Source: an uncultured Acidobacteriota bacterium
GTDB taxonomy: Bacteria > Acidobacteriota > Terriglobia > Acidiferrales > UBA7541
Length of the DNA: 64,000 nucleotides
NCBI GenBank assembly: GCA_963839325.1
Contig: CAWIUO010000007.1
Span: 6,302 to 70,301 of the forward strand
Direction: 5' to 3'
This document shows positions 41,035 to 53,975 of this stretch, piece after piece (the first letter of the stretch is position 1; every line of letters begins with the position of its first letter). The translations under genes and the position numbers were made by a program. The notes below the pieces were generated by a model, which was not told the DNA's origin, ran no database searches, and saw only the letters and a list, made by a program, of their open reading frames with translations.

Positions 41035-41075
41035 TTGACTTTCAATCCAAATCTTCAGATCGCGTTCAGCTCCCC

Positions 41076-43523
<2,448 letters not shown>

Positions 43524-43796
43524 TAGTTGCACCCCGTGACCGTTTTGGTCACACACAAACCATCGCACGATAGAAACTTCATTCTTCCTCCGGGTGAAGA
43601 CTCCTTGACTGGGAGCCTGCCTGACTGTAGAAAATGCAGAACAGAATTGCCTTTTTTAGCAGGATTCCAACCTTGCGTCAAGAAAAGACGGGGCTTGCGG
43701 GCGCGATTTACCGCCCAAAGTGGCCCGTTCTGTGGGCGGAGCGGCGGAATTACGTCTGAAAAAGCGTTCAAAGGTCATCGGCCCCGGGGGTGTGGA

Positions 43797-44231
43797 TTGG
43801 AATCGTCGGCACGAATCACAGTGGAGGCGAAGCGGCACATCAAGGCGACTGCGGAGCAAGTTTATGACGCATGGCTCGAGCCTAAAACAGCGGGCAAGTG
43901 GCTATTCGCCACTCCGAATGGCGAGATGGTACGCGTGGAGATTGATCCGGTCGTGGGCGGGAAGTTTGTGTTCGTCGATCGCCGCAACGGGGAGAACGTC
44001 GAACACGTCGGCGAATATTTGCTGCTCGAGCGGCCGCACAAAATCGCTTTCAACGTGACCGTGCCAAAATACTCCAGCACTCAAACGCGCGTTGAGGTCG
44101 ATATTGAACCCTTGCCCGGGGGCGGGTGCGATGTGACGCTATTGCACGATGGTGTGTTTCAGGATTTCGCGCGGCGCACAATTCAGGGCTGGACGCAGAT
44201 TCTGGCGGATCTGGAAGCGACGCTCGCCTAA
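43797..44231 (+). CDS. SRPBCC / AHSA1-domain protein
   Basis: IKATAEQVYDAWLEPKTAGKW...GGKFVF...EHVGEYLLLERPHKIAF is typical of the Aha1/START-like family. The start is uncertain (TTG 43797 or GTG 43821). Confidence 0.65.
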   Translation: MESSARITVEAKRHIKATAEQVYDAWLEPKTAGKWLFATPNGEMVRVEIDPVVGGKFVFVDRRNGENVEHVGEYLLLERPHKIAFNVTVPKYSSTQTRVEVDIEPLPGGGCDVTLLHDGVFQDFARRTIQGWTQILADLEATLA

Positions 44232-44884
44232 TTGGCGCTCGGGGCGGGCGCCGGTTTCTTACCGATCGGCGCTTCGAAGAACATCAACGGCTTATTTGAA
44301 GGCATCGAGTAAACATTTGGGACGTAAATCGACGCGCCTTCGGCGAGCTTCCATTCGCGACTGACGTTGAAGTAGAGATATCCATGAAGCGTGGACATTG
44401 GAGCAACGATCTCCCCGTCCAGCGTGAGCGGTCGAAGCTGCGCCGCAAATTTCTGGGCTTTTTTATCATTCGTCGGAAGCGGGATTCCAGCTATGCGTTT
44501 AGGCTGTTGCGGAACCGCTCCTTCCGGATGAGCGATCAGTGACGCGACCTCTTCTGCCGTGAGCCAGTCCAGGTCCTGGCGGCCGCGCGCTGGATGGACG
44601 GTCAGTTGAATTGTGTCGATGTCCACGCGGATCGGCTGCTGCGAATCGTTCTTCAGAAACACCTCCACCGGCAGGATCCCGATCGCCGTTGGATCGGATT
44701 TTCCGAAGATGGACTTCGCGCGTTCGGCGTCAGTGAGCGGGTTGGCCATCACGGTGAGGCCGCTGTGCGTATCGCGCTGAAGATCTGCGGTGGGATCGGC
44801 GTTCGCTGCTGGGGGCGCGGATTGTGCGCGCGCACCGAGCGCAAATAGCAGAACGAGAGCTGAGATCGAGCACAGTGATTTCAT
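44228..44884 (-). CDS. secreted hypothetical protein
   Basis: Signal peptide MKSLCSISALVLLFALGARAQ. No family recognised. I chose an internal start of ORF 44228..45013. Confidence 0.5.
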   Translation of the reverse strand: MKSLCSISALVLLFALGARAQSAPPAANADPTADLQRDTHSGLTVMANPLTDAERAKSIFGKSDPTAIGILPVEVFLKNDSQQPIRVDIDTIQLTVHPARGRQDLDWLTAEEVASLIAHPEGAVPQQPKRIAGIPLPTNDKKAQKFAAQLRPLTLDGEIVAPMSTLHGYLYFNVSREWKLAEGASIYVPNVYSMPSNKPLMFFEAPIGKKPAPAPSAN

Positions 44885-45012
44885 CGTCTGCCTTTCCGAT
44901 GCCGGAAATCCGGCGGAAGTTGTGCGCGTTTTCGAGTTGGCTGCCACTATAATACCGACCTTGCCGGTGCGAAAGCGCCTCTCGACCGGCGTGTGCATTC
45001 CTACACCGCTCA

Positions 45013-46350
45013 ATGTATTTCTTCTATCGCATCCTAACGGCCGCGGGCATGTTGGTGTTGGCGCCGTACTTTTTTCTGCGTGGTTGGCGTCGGGGGCATC
45101 CTAGGAACGGCTTTTGGGAGCGTCTCGGTGGAGTTCCGGCCCAGATTGCGACCCGCGCGCAGGCCGCGGCGTATAGCGCGATTTGGATTCACGCGGTGTC
45201 CGTGGGAGAAGTCCTCGCCGCCAAGCCGCTGCTCGACGGGCTCAAGCGTGTCGATCCGGCAAGGCCCGTCTTCGTCTCCACAACCACCGATACAGGCCAG
45301 GCGCTCGCGCGAGAAAGGCTTACCGGTGCCGACGGGATTTTCTATTTTCCGCTCGACTGGGCTGTGTCGGTGCGGCGCGCACTTCACGCAATTCGTCCAG
45401 CAGCGGTAATCATCATGGAAACGGAAATCTGGCCGAATTTTTTGCGCGAAGCCCGGCGCGCAGATATTCCCGTGATTTTCGCGAATGCGCGCATCTCCGG
45501 CAAGTCCTTCGCGCGATTCAAGAAGTGGGAGTGGCTCATCGGCCCGATGTTTCGCCAGGCACTCGAAGACGCAGAGTTGCTTCTGGCCCAGTCGCCGGAG
45601 GATTCGCAGCGATTAATCGACATGGGCGCGCCCGACGACCGGGTGCTCGTCACCGGCAGCCTGAAGTACGACGCTCGACCCGCTGAGCCGAACGAGTTTT
45701 CCGCGTGGCTGGAGGCCGAAATCGCTCGGCAGGAGCGCTGGCCTGTCATCGTGGCTGGCAGCGTCGTGGCGGGCGAAGAAGAGCCCGTGCTGGGCGCGTA
45801 CGACACGGTGCAGCGCCAGTGGCGGCGCACGCTGCTCGTGCTGGCGCCCCGCAAGCCCGACCGCTTCGACCATGCAGCGCGTCTCGTCGCCGAGGGCGGC
45901 TGGACGGTCGTGCGGCGCAGCGAGATTCGTCTCGATGGCCCGCTCGACGAGTCTGCCGACGTAATCCTGCTCGACTCGATCGGAGAGCTTGCGGCGTTAT
46001 ATGGCTTCGCGGACGCTACGTTCGTGGGCGGCTCGCTTGTCCCCACGGGCGGCCACAATATTCTTGAGCCTGCGCAGTTCGCGCGGCCGCCGGTCTTCGG
46101 CCCACACATGGAAAATTTCCGGCAGATGGCCGACGCATTTCTCGATGCGAAGGCGGGCGCGCAGGTGAGTTCGAGCGATGCACTCGGCACCGTCTGGATG
46201 CAGCTCATCCAGGACCCAGCGATGCGGGAGCACATCGGAACGGCCGCGAAAGGAATCGCCGAACGCAATCGCGGAGCCACTGAACGCTCACTCGAGCAAA
46301 TCGAAGCCGTGCTTCGTCGCGTGCGTACGAGCCAGGAGGATGCGCGGTGA
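45013..46350 (+). CDS. waaA: 3-deoxy-D-manno-octulosonic acid (Kdo) transferase
   Basis: WIHAVSVGE, IIMETEIWPN, and a GGSLVPTGGHNILEP C-terminal block. Confidence 0.9.
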   Translation: MYFFYRILTAAGMLVLAPYFFLRGWRRGHPRNGFWERLGGVPAQIATRAQAAAYSAIWIHAVSVGEVLAAKPLLDGLKRVDPARPVFVSTTTDTGQALARERLTGADGIFYFPLDWAVSVRRALHAIRPAAVIIMETEIWPNFLREARRADIPVIFANARISGKSFARFKKWEWLIGPMFRQALEDAELLLAQSPEDSQRLIDMGAPDDRVLVTGSLKYDARPAEPNEFSAWLEAEIARQERWPVIVAGSVVAGEEEPVLGAYDTVQRQWRRTLLVLAPRKPDRFDHAARLVAEGGWTVVRRSEIRLDGPLDESADVILLDSIGELAALYGFADATFVGGSLVPTGGHNILEPAQFARPPVFGPHMENFRQMADAFLDAKAGAQVSSSDALGTVWMQLIQDPAMREHIGTAAKGIAERNRGATERSLEQIEAVLRRVRTSQEDAR

Positions 46351-47375
46351 CTGCACTGCAATTACTCCTGACGCCATTCTCGTGGCTTTACGGCGCTGGC
46401 GCCCGCCTGAAAGCTCGCGCGTATAAGTTAGGGCTGCGTCATGTACGGCATTTGCCGGGTGTGGTGATCAGCGTCGGCAACTTATCGACTGGCGGTACCG
46501 GCAAAACGCCGGTTGTGCTTTGGATCTCGGAACGCCTGGTCGCAGAAGGGAAGCGCGTCGGCATCCTCACGCGCGGATATCGTGGCGAGCGCGTCGGCGA
46601 AGCCACGGCCGGTGCCAGTGCGGCCAACACAAGCGACGAAGTCAGGATGTTGCAATCGCGGCTCGGAGATTCGGTAATGTTCGGCGTCGGCCCTGATCGT
46701 TACGAGGAAGGGAAAAAGCTCGAGCGGGTGGGAATCGATTGGTTCGTGCTCGACGACGGCTTTCAGCACATGCAGCTCGCACGTGACGTGAACATCGCTT
46801 TGGTCGATGCAACCAATCCATTCGGCGGCGGAAAATTGTTGCCGGCCGGCCGTTTGCGCGAGCCGCGTTCCGCGATTTCTCGCGCGGATATCGTCGTGAT
46901 CACGCGCAGCGCTTCGGCTCCAGCTGTGGAAGCCATGATCCGCCATGAAACGAGCGCCCCGATTTTCCGCATCGACTTCGCTCTCGAGTCCGTTCGTCCG
47001 ATTCATGGCGCCGGGCCGAGCCTCACGCCGCCGATCGACCCCGGGATTCGCTGGTTTGCGTTCTCCGGCATCGGAAACCCGTCAGCCTTCGCGAAAAATC
47101 TGAAGCAATGGAATTTCAACGTCGTCGGACGCAAGGATTATCCGGACCACCACAAGTATTCCGCAGGAGATCTCCGGGATATTGCGAGCGCAGCTGCTAC
47201 GGCCGGCGCTGCAAAGATCGTGTGCACCGAGAAGGACACCTTTAATCTGCCGTCGGACGCCAACCTCGGCCTGCCTCTTTACTTCTATTCGATCAACATT
47301 ACTTCCCCAGAGGAGGAAGACTTGTGGCGGGCTATTCAGGAATGTGCCGCGAAGCATCGCGGCTCAGCAAAGTGA
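46347..47375 (+). CDS. lpxK: tetraacyldisaccharide 4'-kinase
   Basis: VISVGNLSTGGTGKTP P-loop and LDDGFQH. The start overlaps the waaA stop. Confidence 0.9.
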   Translation: MTALQLLLTPFSWLYGAGARLKARAYKLGLRHVRHLPGVVISVGNLSTGGTGKTPVVLWISERLVAEGKRVGILTRGYRGERVGEATAGASAANTSDEVRMLQSRLGDSVMFGVGPDRYEEGKKLERVGIDWFVLDDGFQHMQLARDVNIALVDATNPFGGGKLLPAGRLREPRSAISRADIVVITRSASAPAVEAMIRHETSAPIFRIDFALESVRPIHGAGPSLTPPIDPGIRWFAFSGIGNPSAFAKNLKQWNFNVVGRKDYPDHHKYSAGDLRDIASAAATAGAAKIVCTEKDTFNLPSDANLGLPLYFYSINITSPEEEDLWRAIQECAAKHRGSAK

Positions 47376-47450
47376 GTCGCGTTCGTCGCACAAACCGGGC
47401 CTGCGGCATTTGCCGCACTTTCAACGCTGTGATAGCTTGCCGATGGCGAC

Positions 47451-48596
47451 GTGTTCCCCCGAAATCGTGCTGGAATTCGAAAGGAAGCAAGATTGAAGTC
47501 GGCCTCGAAGAAAACGAAACGGTCGCGTCCGTCCACGCCGCGCGCGGCGACGGTCGCGAATTTTGACTGTTCGATCGATATCTCCCGTCTCCTGAATCTG
47601 GTGGCGGCATTCCCGCGCCAAACCATTTGCGTGGTTGGTGACTTCGTTCTCGACCAATTCGTCACGGGCGATATCTCGCGCGTCTCGCGCGAGGCGCCAA
47701 TCCTGATCCTTCGCCACCGCAAAACGGAGACCTATCCGGGGGGCGCCGCGAACGCCGTCAACAATCTAGCCGATCTCGGAGCAAAAGTGCTCGCCGTCGG
47801 CGTAGTCGGTGATGACGAAGGCGGCCGTGCGCTGCTCGCAGAATTTCGCAGCAAGAAGGTGAACGTCGTGGGCGTCGTTCGCAGCCGTGAGTGGGTTACG
47901 ACTACCAAGACTCGTTACCTTGCTGGCTGGACGCACACTACGGAGCAACAGGTGCTTCGCGTCGATCGCGAACCGCACAGCGTTCTCGATTCGGACACGC
48001 AAGTGCGCATCCGAAGAAACGCTCAACACGCCGCTAAAAAAGCCGGAGCCGTCCTGGTTTCCGACTACGGCCTCGGCGCGGCCACACCGGAACTCGTGAA
48101 ATCTCTCCAAGCGAATCGGATCATCCTCGATTCTCGATACCGATTGCTCGAGTATCGCGGCGCTGGGGTCACTGCCGCGACTCCAAACGAACCTGAAGTG
48201 GAAGCGGCGCACCACGCGGCCATCGGCACGGACACGGACAGGCTCGAAGACCTCGGCAGGCGCACTCTGCGGCACCTCGAACTCGAGGCCTTGGTTGTTA
48301 CACGCGGGAAGGACGGACTTGCACTGTTTGAGGGTTCCGGCGCCGCAAAGGGCGCGAAGGAGCGCGTTACCCACATCGGCATTTACGGTTCGGACGCGCC
48401 CGTTGACGTCTCTGGAGCCGGAGACACGGTGATTGCCGTCTTTACGCTCGCGCTTGCGGCCGGTGCGAGTTATCTCGAAGCCGCGCATCTGGCAAATTAC
48501 GCCGGCGGGATCGTGGTGATGAAGCGCCGCACCGCTACCGTTACGCGCGCGGAACTCGAAGCCGCGCTTCGCGCTGAAGCGACCAACCCTCGCTGA
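47451..48596 (+). CDS. hldA: D-glycero-beta-D-manno-heptose-7-phosphate kinase (RfaE domain I, stand-alone)
   Basis: PfkB-type kinase with VVGDFVLDQFV, GGAANA and DVSGAGDT. The true start may lie downstream of 47451. Confidence 0.8.
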   Translation: MFPRNRAGIRKEARLKSASKKTKRSRPSTPRAATVANFDCSIDISRLLNLVAAFPRQTICVVGDFVLDQFVTGDISRVSREAPILILRHRKTETYPGGAANAVNNLADLGAKVLAVGVVGDDEGGRALLAEFRSKKVNVVGVVRSREWVTTTKTRYLAGWTHTTEQQVLRVDREPHSVLDSDTQVRIRRNAQHAAKKAGAVLVSDYGLGAATPELVKSLQANRIILDSRYRLLEYRGAGVTAATPNEPEVEAAHHAAIGTDTDRLEDLGRRTLRHLELEALVVTRGKDGLALFEGSGAAKGAKERVTHIGIYGSDAPVDVSGAGDTVIAVFTLALAAGASYLEAAHLANYAGGIVVMKRRTATVTRAELEAALRAEATNPR

Positions 48597-48602
48597 ACCT
48601 GC

Positions 48603-49091
48603 ATGGACACCCGCGAAAAAATTGTCTCCCGCGAAGGCTTAGCCGAAATTCTGGGAGAGCATCGACGCGCCGGTCGTAAAATCACGTTCGCTAATGGCGT
48701 TTTCGATTTGCTCCACGTCGGACACGTGCGCTATCTGCAAGCGGCTCGCGAGCAAGGTGACGTTCTTGTTGTTGGCATCAATTCCGACGCGAGTACGCGC
48801 CAGTTAAAAGGCCCGGGGCGTCCGATTCTCACAGAACGTGCGCGAGCGACTTTGGTGGCTGCTCTAGCGGCGGTCAATTACGTCGTGATCTTCGACGAGT
48901 TGGACGTAAAGCCACTTTTACGCGAGCTGCACCCCGATGTTCACGCCAAAGGCACGGACTACACCGCCGAAACCGTGCCGGAGCGCGAGCTTGCCGATTT
49001 GCTGGGAATTCGCATCGCGATCGTGGGCGACGCGAAAGATCATTCGACGCGCGACCTAATTGCCCGAGTGCGCACCAAGTCCGATGGCTGA
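48603..49091 (+). CDS. hldC: D-glycero-beta-D-manno-heptose-1-phosphate adenylyltransferase (RfaE domain II, stand-alone)
   Basis: Cytidylyltransferase fold: FANGVFDLLHVGHVRYL, VGINSD. Confidence 0.85.
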   Translation: MDTREKIVSREGLAEILGEHRRAGRKITFANGVFDLLHVGHVRYLQAAREQGDVLVVGINSDASTRQLKGPGRPILTERARATLVAALAAVNYVVIFDELDVKPLLRELHPDVHAKGTDYTAETVPERELADLLGIRIAIVGDAKDHSTRDLIARVRTKSDG

Positions 49092-50085
49092 GATGCGATT
49101 CTTGCTGGTGCGCCTGGGATCGCTCGGCGATATCGTGCACGCATTGCCGGCGGCCGCTGCTTTGCGTGACGCGTTTCCGCGCGCGCAAATCGACTGGCTC
49201 GTGGAACCGAAGTGGAGGCGAATCCTGGAAGGGAATCGCGACTTGAACGAAGTTATTTCTCTGGATCGTGGCAGCCTTGGCGCGATTTGGAATACGGTGA
49301 AGGCGCTTCGCGCTCGGGAGTACTCATGCGCTATCGATTTTCAGGGTCTCTACAAATCGGCGCTCATTCCGTTTTTCGCGCGCATCCCACGGCGGATCGG
49401 TTTTCGCGAGAGTTACGCGCGTGAAGGACTCGCTTCGCGCTTCTACACCGAGCTTGTGAACCCAGCCGGCGCGCACAAAGTGGACCACAATCTCACGCTC
49501 GCACGAGCCGCAGGAGCAGAAGCGGGCCCGGCGCGATTCTCGCTTACGATTACGCCTGAAGACCGCGCTACCGCTTCTCGCGAATTCGCGAGCTGCAACA
49601 TTTCGGATTACTTCGTGTTGAATCCCGGCGGCGGCTGGAAATCGAAATGTTGGCCGGCCGAACGATACGGCGAACTGGGCGCGCAAGTGAACCAAGCGCA
49701 TGGATGGCGCGGCGTGGTCACGTCTGGGCCCGGAGAAGAAGCGATGGCGCAACAAGTAATCGCGTCATCAGGTCGCGCGTGCGTTGCGATTCCACTCGCG
49801 CTCGGCCCGCTGATGGCTGTGCTGGAGCGCGCGAAGTTCGTTGTCAGCGCGGACACCGGCCCGTTGCACCTGGCATCCGCGCTCGGCGCGCCGTGCGTCG
49901 GGCTGTTCGGACCCACCGATCCTGCGCGCAACGGTCCGTATTCGCGCGACGACGTGACGGTGCGCAACTTGCGCGGTGCCGAAACGACCTATCAGCGTGG
50001 CGCGTACTATGCGCCGTCGATGCTTTCGATTACCGTCGAGCAGGTGGCGGCGGCTGTCGTGGAGCGGTTGAGGCGAATTTCTTGA
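49084..50085 (+). CDS. GT9 lipopolysaccharide heptosyltransferase
   Basis: MRFLLVRLGSLGDIVHALPA and SADTGPLHLASALGAPCVGLFGPT are typical of WaaC/WaaF. I did not resolve which of the two it is. Confidence 0.8.
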   Translation: MAEMRFLLVRLGSLGDIVHALPAAAALRDAFPRAQIDWLVEPKWRRILEGNRDLNEVISLDRGSLGAIWNTVKALRAREYSCAIDFQGLYKSALIPFFARIPRRIGFRESYAREGLASRFYTELVNPAGAHKVDHNLTLARAAGAEAGPARFSLTITPEDRATASREFASCNISDYFVLNPGGGWKSKCWPAERYGELGAQVNQAHGWRGVVTSGPGEEAMAQQVIASSGRACVAIPLALGPLMAVLERAKFVVSADTGPLHLASALGAPCVGLFGPTDPARNGPYSRDDVTVRNLRGAETTYQRGAYYAPSMLSITVEQVAAAVVERLRRIS

Positions 50086-50105
50086 ACCAGCCCCGCAAAT
50101 TCTGG

Positions 50106-50666
50106 ATGCGATGGCGCGTTCGCGTCGGTTACCCGGTCGCCGTGCTGTATTGGATTCTCGCGCGGCCCACGCTGCGCTCGATCGCTTTCGGAGTGGGTGT
50201 AGCTGCGTTTGGCCTTGCGATTCGCGCCCTTGCGGCCGGGCATCTCTGGAAAGACCGAGAGCTCGCCGTCACCGGGCCATACGCTGCAACGCGGAATCCG
50301 CTCTACCTGGGCAGCGCGCTGCTCGCTCTCGCCTTCGCAATCGCAGGCGATTCCTACTGGGCCGGTGGGCTCGTACTGATCTACTTCTCCGTTTTCTACT
50401 ACGCGGTGATGCGCAACGAAGAAGCTGATCTGAAGCGGCGATTCGGGGCCATATACGAACAGTACGCCAGTCGCGTTCCGCTGTTCTTGCCGAAGTTCTG
50501 GGGACAAACATACGGCGCGCAAGCGCCGATCCCGGGCGCAGTGCAGAAGTCATTTTCCTTCGCGCAATACAAACGAAACCGCGAGTATCAGGCATTGCTG
50601 GGAACGGTGGCAGGATTTGTAACGGTGTTCGTGCGGATGTGGATTCGCGGCCGCTTCGGTTACTGA
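50106..50666 (+). CDS. isoprenylcysteine carboxyl methyltransferase (ICMT)/phospholipid-methyltransferase-family membrane protein
   Basis: LAVTGPYAATRNPLYLG and EEADLKRRFGAIYEQYASRVP match the ICMT/PEMT family signature. Confidence 0.65.
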   Translation: MRWRVRVGYPVAVLYWILARPTLRSIAFGVGVAAFGLAIRALAAGHLWKDRELAVTGPYAATRNPLYLGSALLALAFAIAGDSYWAGGLVLIYFSVFYYAVMRNEEADLKRRFGAIYEQYASRVPLFLPKFWGQTYGAQAPIPGAVQKSFSFAQYKRNREYQALLGTVAGFVTVFVRMWIRGRFGY

Positions 50667-50672
50667 GCGGCG

Positions 50673-50933
50673 CTACTGCAAGCGGTAAACAGCGTGCATT
50701 ACGCGCTGAAATTGCGGGCGGTAAATCAGATCGAAGGCGCCTTCTTTTCCAGGGAACATTTCGAGCGCAATGCTGCGTGTAGCCGCCACCATCTCCGCGG
50801 CCTGTTCGAGAGGAAGCCCGCCACTGGCAATTTCCGAGAGCGTGAGTTGCACTACGATGCGCAGGCGGCGGATGCGGCGCGATTCATCGTCAATCTCGGC
50901 CTGGGTGGGTGCGAAGGTCATCGCCTTTTCCAT
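50673..50933 (-). CDS. small hypothetical protein
   Basis: 86-aa version (MEKAMTF...) of ORF 50673..51011. No family recognised. Confidence 0.3.
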   Translation of the reverse strand: MEKAMTFAPTQAEIDDESRRIRRLRIVVQLTLSEIASGGLPLEQAAEMVAATRSIALEMFPGKEGAFDLIYRPQFQRVMHAVYRLQ

Positions 50934-51053
50934 CTTCACCCCGCGAGTACAACAAAGTGAGTATGGACTTACGAGGCGAGGCGCGCAATAGTACTCGAAA
51001 CGCCGATGCACAATGTTGCAGCAGAGCCGTGCAGCGAGTAGAGGAGCGATTCG

Positions 51054-51332
51054 ATGCCTGAAGAAAACCCGCCGTACGATCCAGAGCCGGTCGTAACCGC
51101 CTATATGGCGGAAAGCGCCTCAGAAGCCATGGTGATTCGCGGTTTGCTCGAAAGCGCGGGTATATCCTCCCCCGGATCGGTCTCCACGGATCCGTTTCCG
51201 ATACCGGAAAACCCGGAAAGCCCGCACGGGCTCGAAGTCATAGTTCTGGAATCGCAAGTCGACGAAGCACGCGCGCTGATCGAGGAATATCGGAAGGGAA
51301 ATGCGACGAAGGCGGCGGGCTCGGACGAGTAA
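51054..51332 (+). CDS. small DUF2007-like protein
   Basis: 92 aa. The pattern EAMVIRGLLESAGI...VLESQVDEARALIEEY resembles the DUF2007 fold. Confidence 0.4.
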   Translation: MPEENPPYDPEPVVTAYMAESASEAMVIRGLLESAGISSPGSVSTDPFPIPENPESPHGLEVIVLESQVDEARALIEEYRKGNATKAAGSDE

Positions 51333-53975
51333 TTATTGCGGATGCTCCTCCGCGAACGTTGACACGGTGAGTGAAGTGCCGTCCGTGGTTGCCGTCACGG
51401 CGCCGTCCTGGTCGGTCCGCAAGAAACGTACGCCCGCCGCTTTGTAGCGCTCGACGACTGCGTCAACGGGATGCCCGAACGGATTGTCCACTCCTATGGA
51501 CACTACCGCCACTTTCGGAGCGACTGCCGCGACGAATGCATCGGTGGATGAAGTTTTGCTTCCGTGGTGCGGCACCTTCAAGAAGTCGGCGGCGAGAGCG
51601 GCGTTTTCATCCACCAAATCATTTTCGGCGCGCTTCTCGATGTCGCCCGGCAACAAGAACTTCTCCGCGCCGTCTTGAAGCCGCAGCACGATGGAATTGT
51701 CGTTCGCGGCTTTGGTCACTGTGGAAACATCGACCGGCCAAAGAACTGAGCCGGCAACGCCGTCGAAATTGAACTGGCGTCCCTGGGCTTCTGTCACAAC
51801 CCTTACTCCGCGCGCTCGCGCTTCTGCAAGCAGGCTGATGAACGCCGGCGTTTCTTCGTCTCTGCCGATCCATAGTTCGCCCACGCGGAAGTTCTGCAGG
51901 ACGGCGTGCAGCCCATCCAGATGATCGTGATGCGCGTGCGTGAGTGCGACCACGTCGAGCCGCTTGATTCCGCGCGTCCATAGATACGGGGACACAACCT
52001 CTTCACCAATATCCGCGCCTGAACGCGAACCTCGGATAACCTCTGACCCGGCAAGCCCTCCTCCGTCGATGAGCATCGTATGCCCATTCGGAAAGGAGAC
52101 GAACAGCGAGTCACCTTGTCCCACGTCTAGCACTGTGACTTGAAATTCGCCGTAAGGAAGTCGCGGCCGGAATGGATGCGTGGCAACGAGAACCGCACAC
52201 GCCGCCACTGCCAGCATTGCGAGCCATTCCGCTGCCCGAATCGGAGCAGCCGGCAGGCGCCTGGCAATCGCACCTTTGCGTTTCGAGATCACGATTCGGG
52301 CACAACAAGCCAGCGCTACAAATGCCGCAAAGAAACAAACGACTAGCCAAACCGGCGGATCAGGAATGCGATACGAAAGCCTGGGAAACTTTGCGAACCA
52401 CGTGACGACCGCAAGAAGCGCCCCGACGCACGCTCCTAGCAGCTTCGCGAGCAGCGCCGCGAATCCAGACCATACATACGAGACAAGCAGCGTGAAAAAT
52501 CCCAGCGGCACGATGATTGCGGTGAGCAGCACGGCCGGCACATTGCTGGCCGGGCCGGAAACACTGATGCGATGAAAATCTTTCGCCATCAGCGGCAGCA
52601 TGCCGACTTGGATCACCAACGAGAGCAGGACGATCTCCCAAAGCCGGAGTCCCACTCGCAGCGGTGCGGCGAGAATCGGTTCCATACGCGATGCCAGCCA
52701 CGTGGGACGCTGCCGGGCAAGCCACGCGGCAAGTGCGCGCAACTCGATTCGAAATTGCGCCACGCGAGGAGCGTGCGCCGTGTCGCGCGTCACGTCGCCC
52801 AGATGATCCAGGCCCGTGCGGTAGGGTGCGCTGGTTCGATCGATCCACGGAATCGCAAGCCCTGCGATCACTCCAGCCGCGAGAAATGAGAGTTGGAAGC
52901 TCGAATCGGTAAGAGAGGACGGTCGCCAGATCAGCAAGGCAAGCGCCGCGAGCGCGATCGTGTTCAAGAGGTCGATACGCCGGAAAAGCGGTCGCGCGCA
53001 TAGATAAAACGCCGCAATCAATGCAGCACGAAGAACCGGCGTTCGGTCTTCAACGATCCCAACGTAGGCGGCGAGCGCAGCCAAAGTGAGGATCGCCGTG
53101 CCTAAGCGGCCCAAACGCAGTCTGGGTCCGAGCCACAGCAGAAATACAATGATCGCGCCGACGTGCAGACCCGCGATCACAAGCACGTGGTACGCGCTGG
53201 TTTTCTGAAACGCCTGCACAGTGTCGCTATCGACGAAGCTGCGGTCGCCGAGCAGCATCGCGCGCAGGACCGCCGCTCGCTCCGGATGATCGCGAAAAAG
53301 CGCATCGATCCGTGCAAGAAGCTCGCCTCGAACGATCGCGAATCGATAACGCCACGGCACCGGCGCATCGCCGAGGTATTCGAGCAGCAGCCCGCTCCGC
53401 AGCGCGCCTGTCAAATCGATCCGCTGCTGCGCCAGATACCCGCGCACATCGAACGCGCCTGGATCTTTGAAGTCCCGCGGCTGCCGCGCCTTCATCAGCA
53501 TCTGAACCGGATCGCCTGCCAGAAAATCGTCCGCGATATCCTCGGTCCGGGCGTTCATATACAAATTCGCGCGTATGCCGCCGGAGACGGAGACCATTTG
53601 ATCCGCTATCTCCACATGATCGAGATCGACTTCCACACGCCGGCCCCAAGGTAGATCGAGCGGCGTCTCGCGTAGCCTTCCGCGCCATCGCAGCGGTTGC
53701 GATAGATCGATCGTCGCGTTCGCAATCAGCTTCGTAACGTGATCGGTCGGAACGATGGCGCGCTCCACGCTCACAGCAAGCGCGCCAAGCGCGATCCACG
53801 CTCCGAGCGTCAACACCCATCCGGCTGCGCGGAATTCACGCCATAACGCAATTCCGCCAGCTAGCAGGCACAACGCAGCGATGAAGCTGAATCGCGGTGG
53901 GGAACTGCGCCAGCGGGACGCGAGTCCAATGCCTGCGGCGAAACACGCTGCAAGCCAGACCGCGGGCAGCTTCAT
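51333..53975 (-). CDS. comEC: DNA internalization competence protein ComEC/Rec2 (full three-domain form)
   Basis: 880 aa: N-terminal OB/DUF4131 region, polytopic competence domain, and a C-terminal metallo-beta-lactamase domain (VLDVGQGDS, LTHAHHDHLDG, VPHHGS). Confidence 0.85.
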   Translation of the reverse strand: MKLPAVWLAACFAAGIGLASRWRSSPPRFSFIAALCLLAGGIALWREFRAAGWVLTLGAWIALGALAVSVERAIVPTDHVTKLIANATIDLSQPLRWRGRLRETPLDLPWGRRVEVDLDHVEIADQMVSVSGGIRANLYMNARTEDIADDFLAGDPVQMLMKARQPRDFKDPGAFDVRGYLAQQRIDLTGALRSGLLLEYLGDAPVPWRYRFAIVRGELLARIDALFRDHPERAAVLRAMLLGDRSFVDSDTVQAFQKTSAYHVLVIAGLHVGAIIVFLLWLGPRLRLGRLGTAILTLAALAAYVGIVEDRTPVLRAALIAAFYLCARPLFRRIDLLNTIALAALALLIWRPSSLTDSSFQLSFLAAGVIAGLAIPWIDRTSAPYRTGLDHLGDVTRDTAHAPRVAQFRIELRALAAWLARQRPTWLASRMEPILAAPLRVGLRLWEIVLLSLVIQVGMLPLMAKDFHRISVSGPASNVPAVLLTAIIVPLGFFTLLVSYVWSGFAALLAKLLGACVGALLAVVTWFAKFPRLSYRIPDPPVWLVVCFFAAFVALACCARIVISKRKGAIARRLPAAPIRAAEWLAMLAVAACAVLVATHPFRPRLPYGEFQVTVLDVGQGDSLFVSFPNGHTMLIDGGGLAGSEVIRGSRSGADIGEEVVSPYLWTRGIKRLDVVALTHAHHDHLDGLHAVLQNFRVGELWIGRDEETPAFISLLAEARARGVRVVTEAQGRQFNFDGVAGSVLWPVDVSTVTKAANDNSIVLRLQDGAEKFLLPGDIEKRAENDLVDENAALAADFLKVPHHGSKTSSTDAFVAAVAPKVAVVSIGVDNPFGHPVDAVVERYKAAGVRFLRTDQDGAVTATTDGTSLTVSTFAEEHPQ

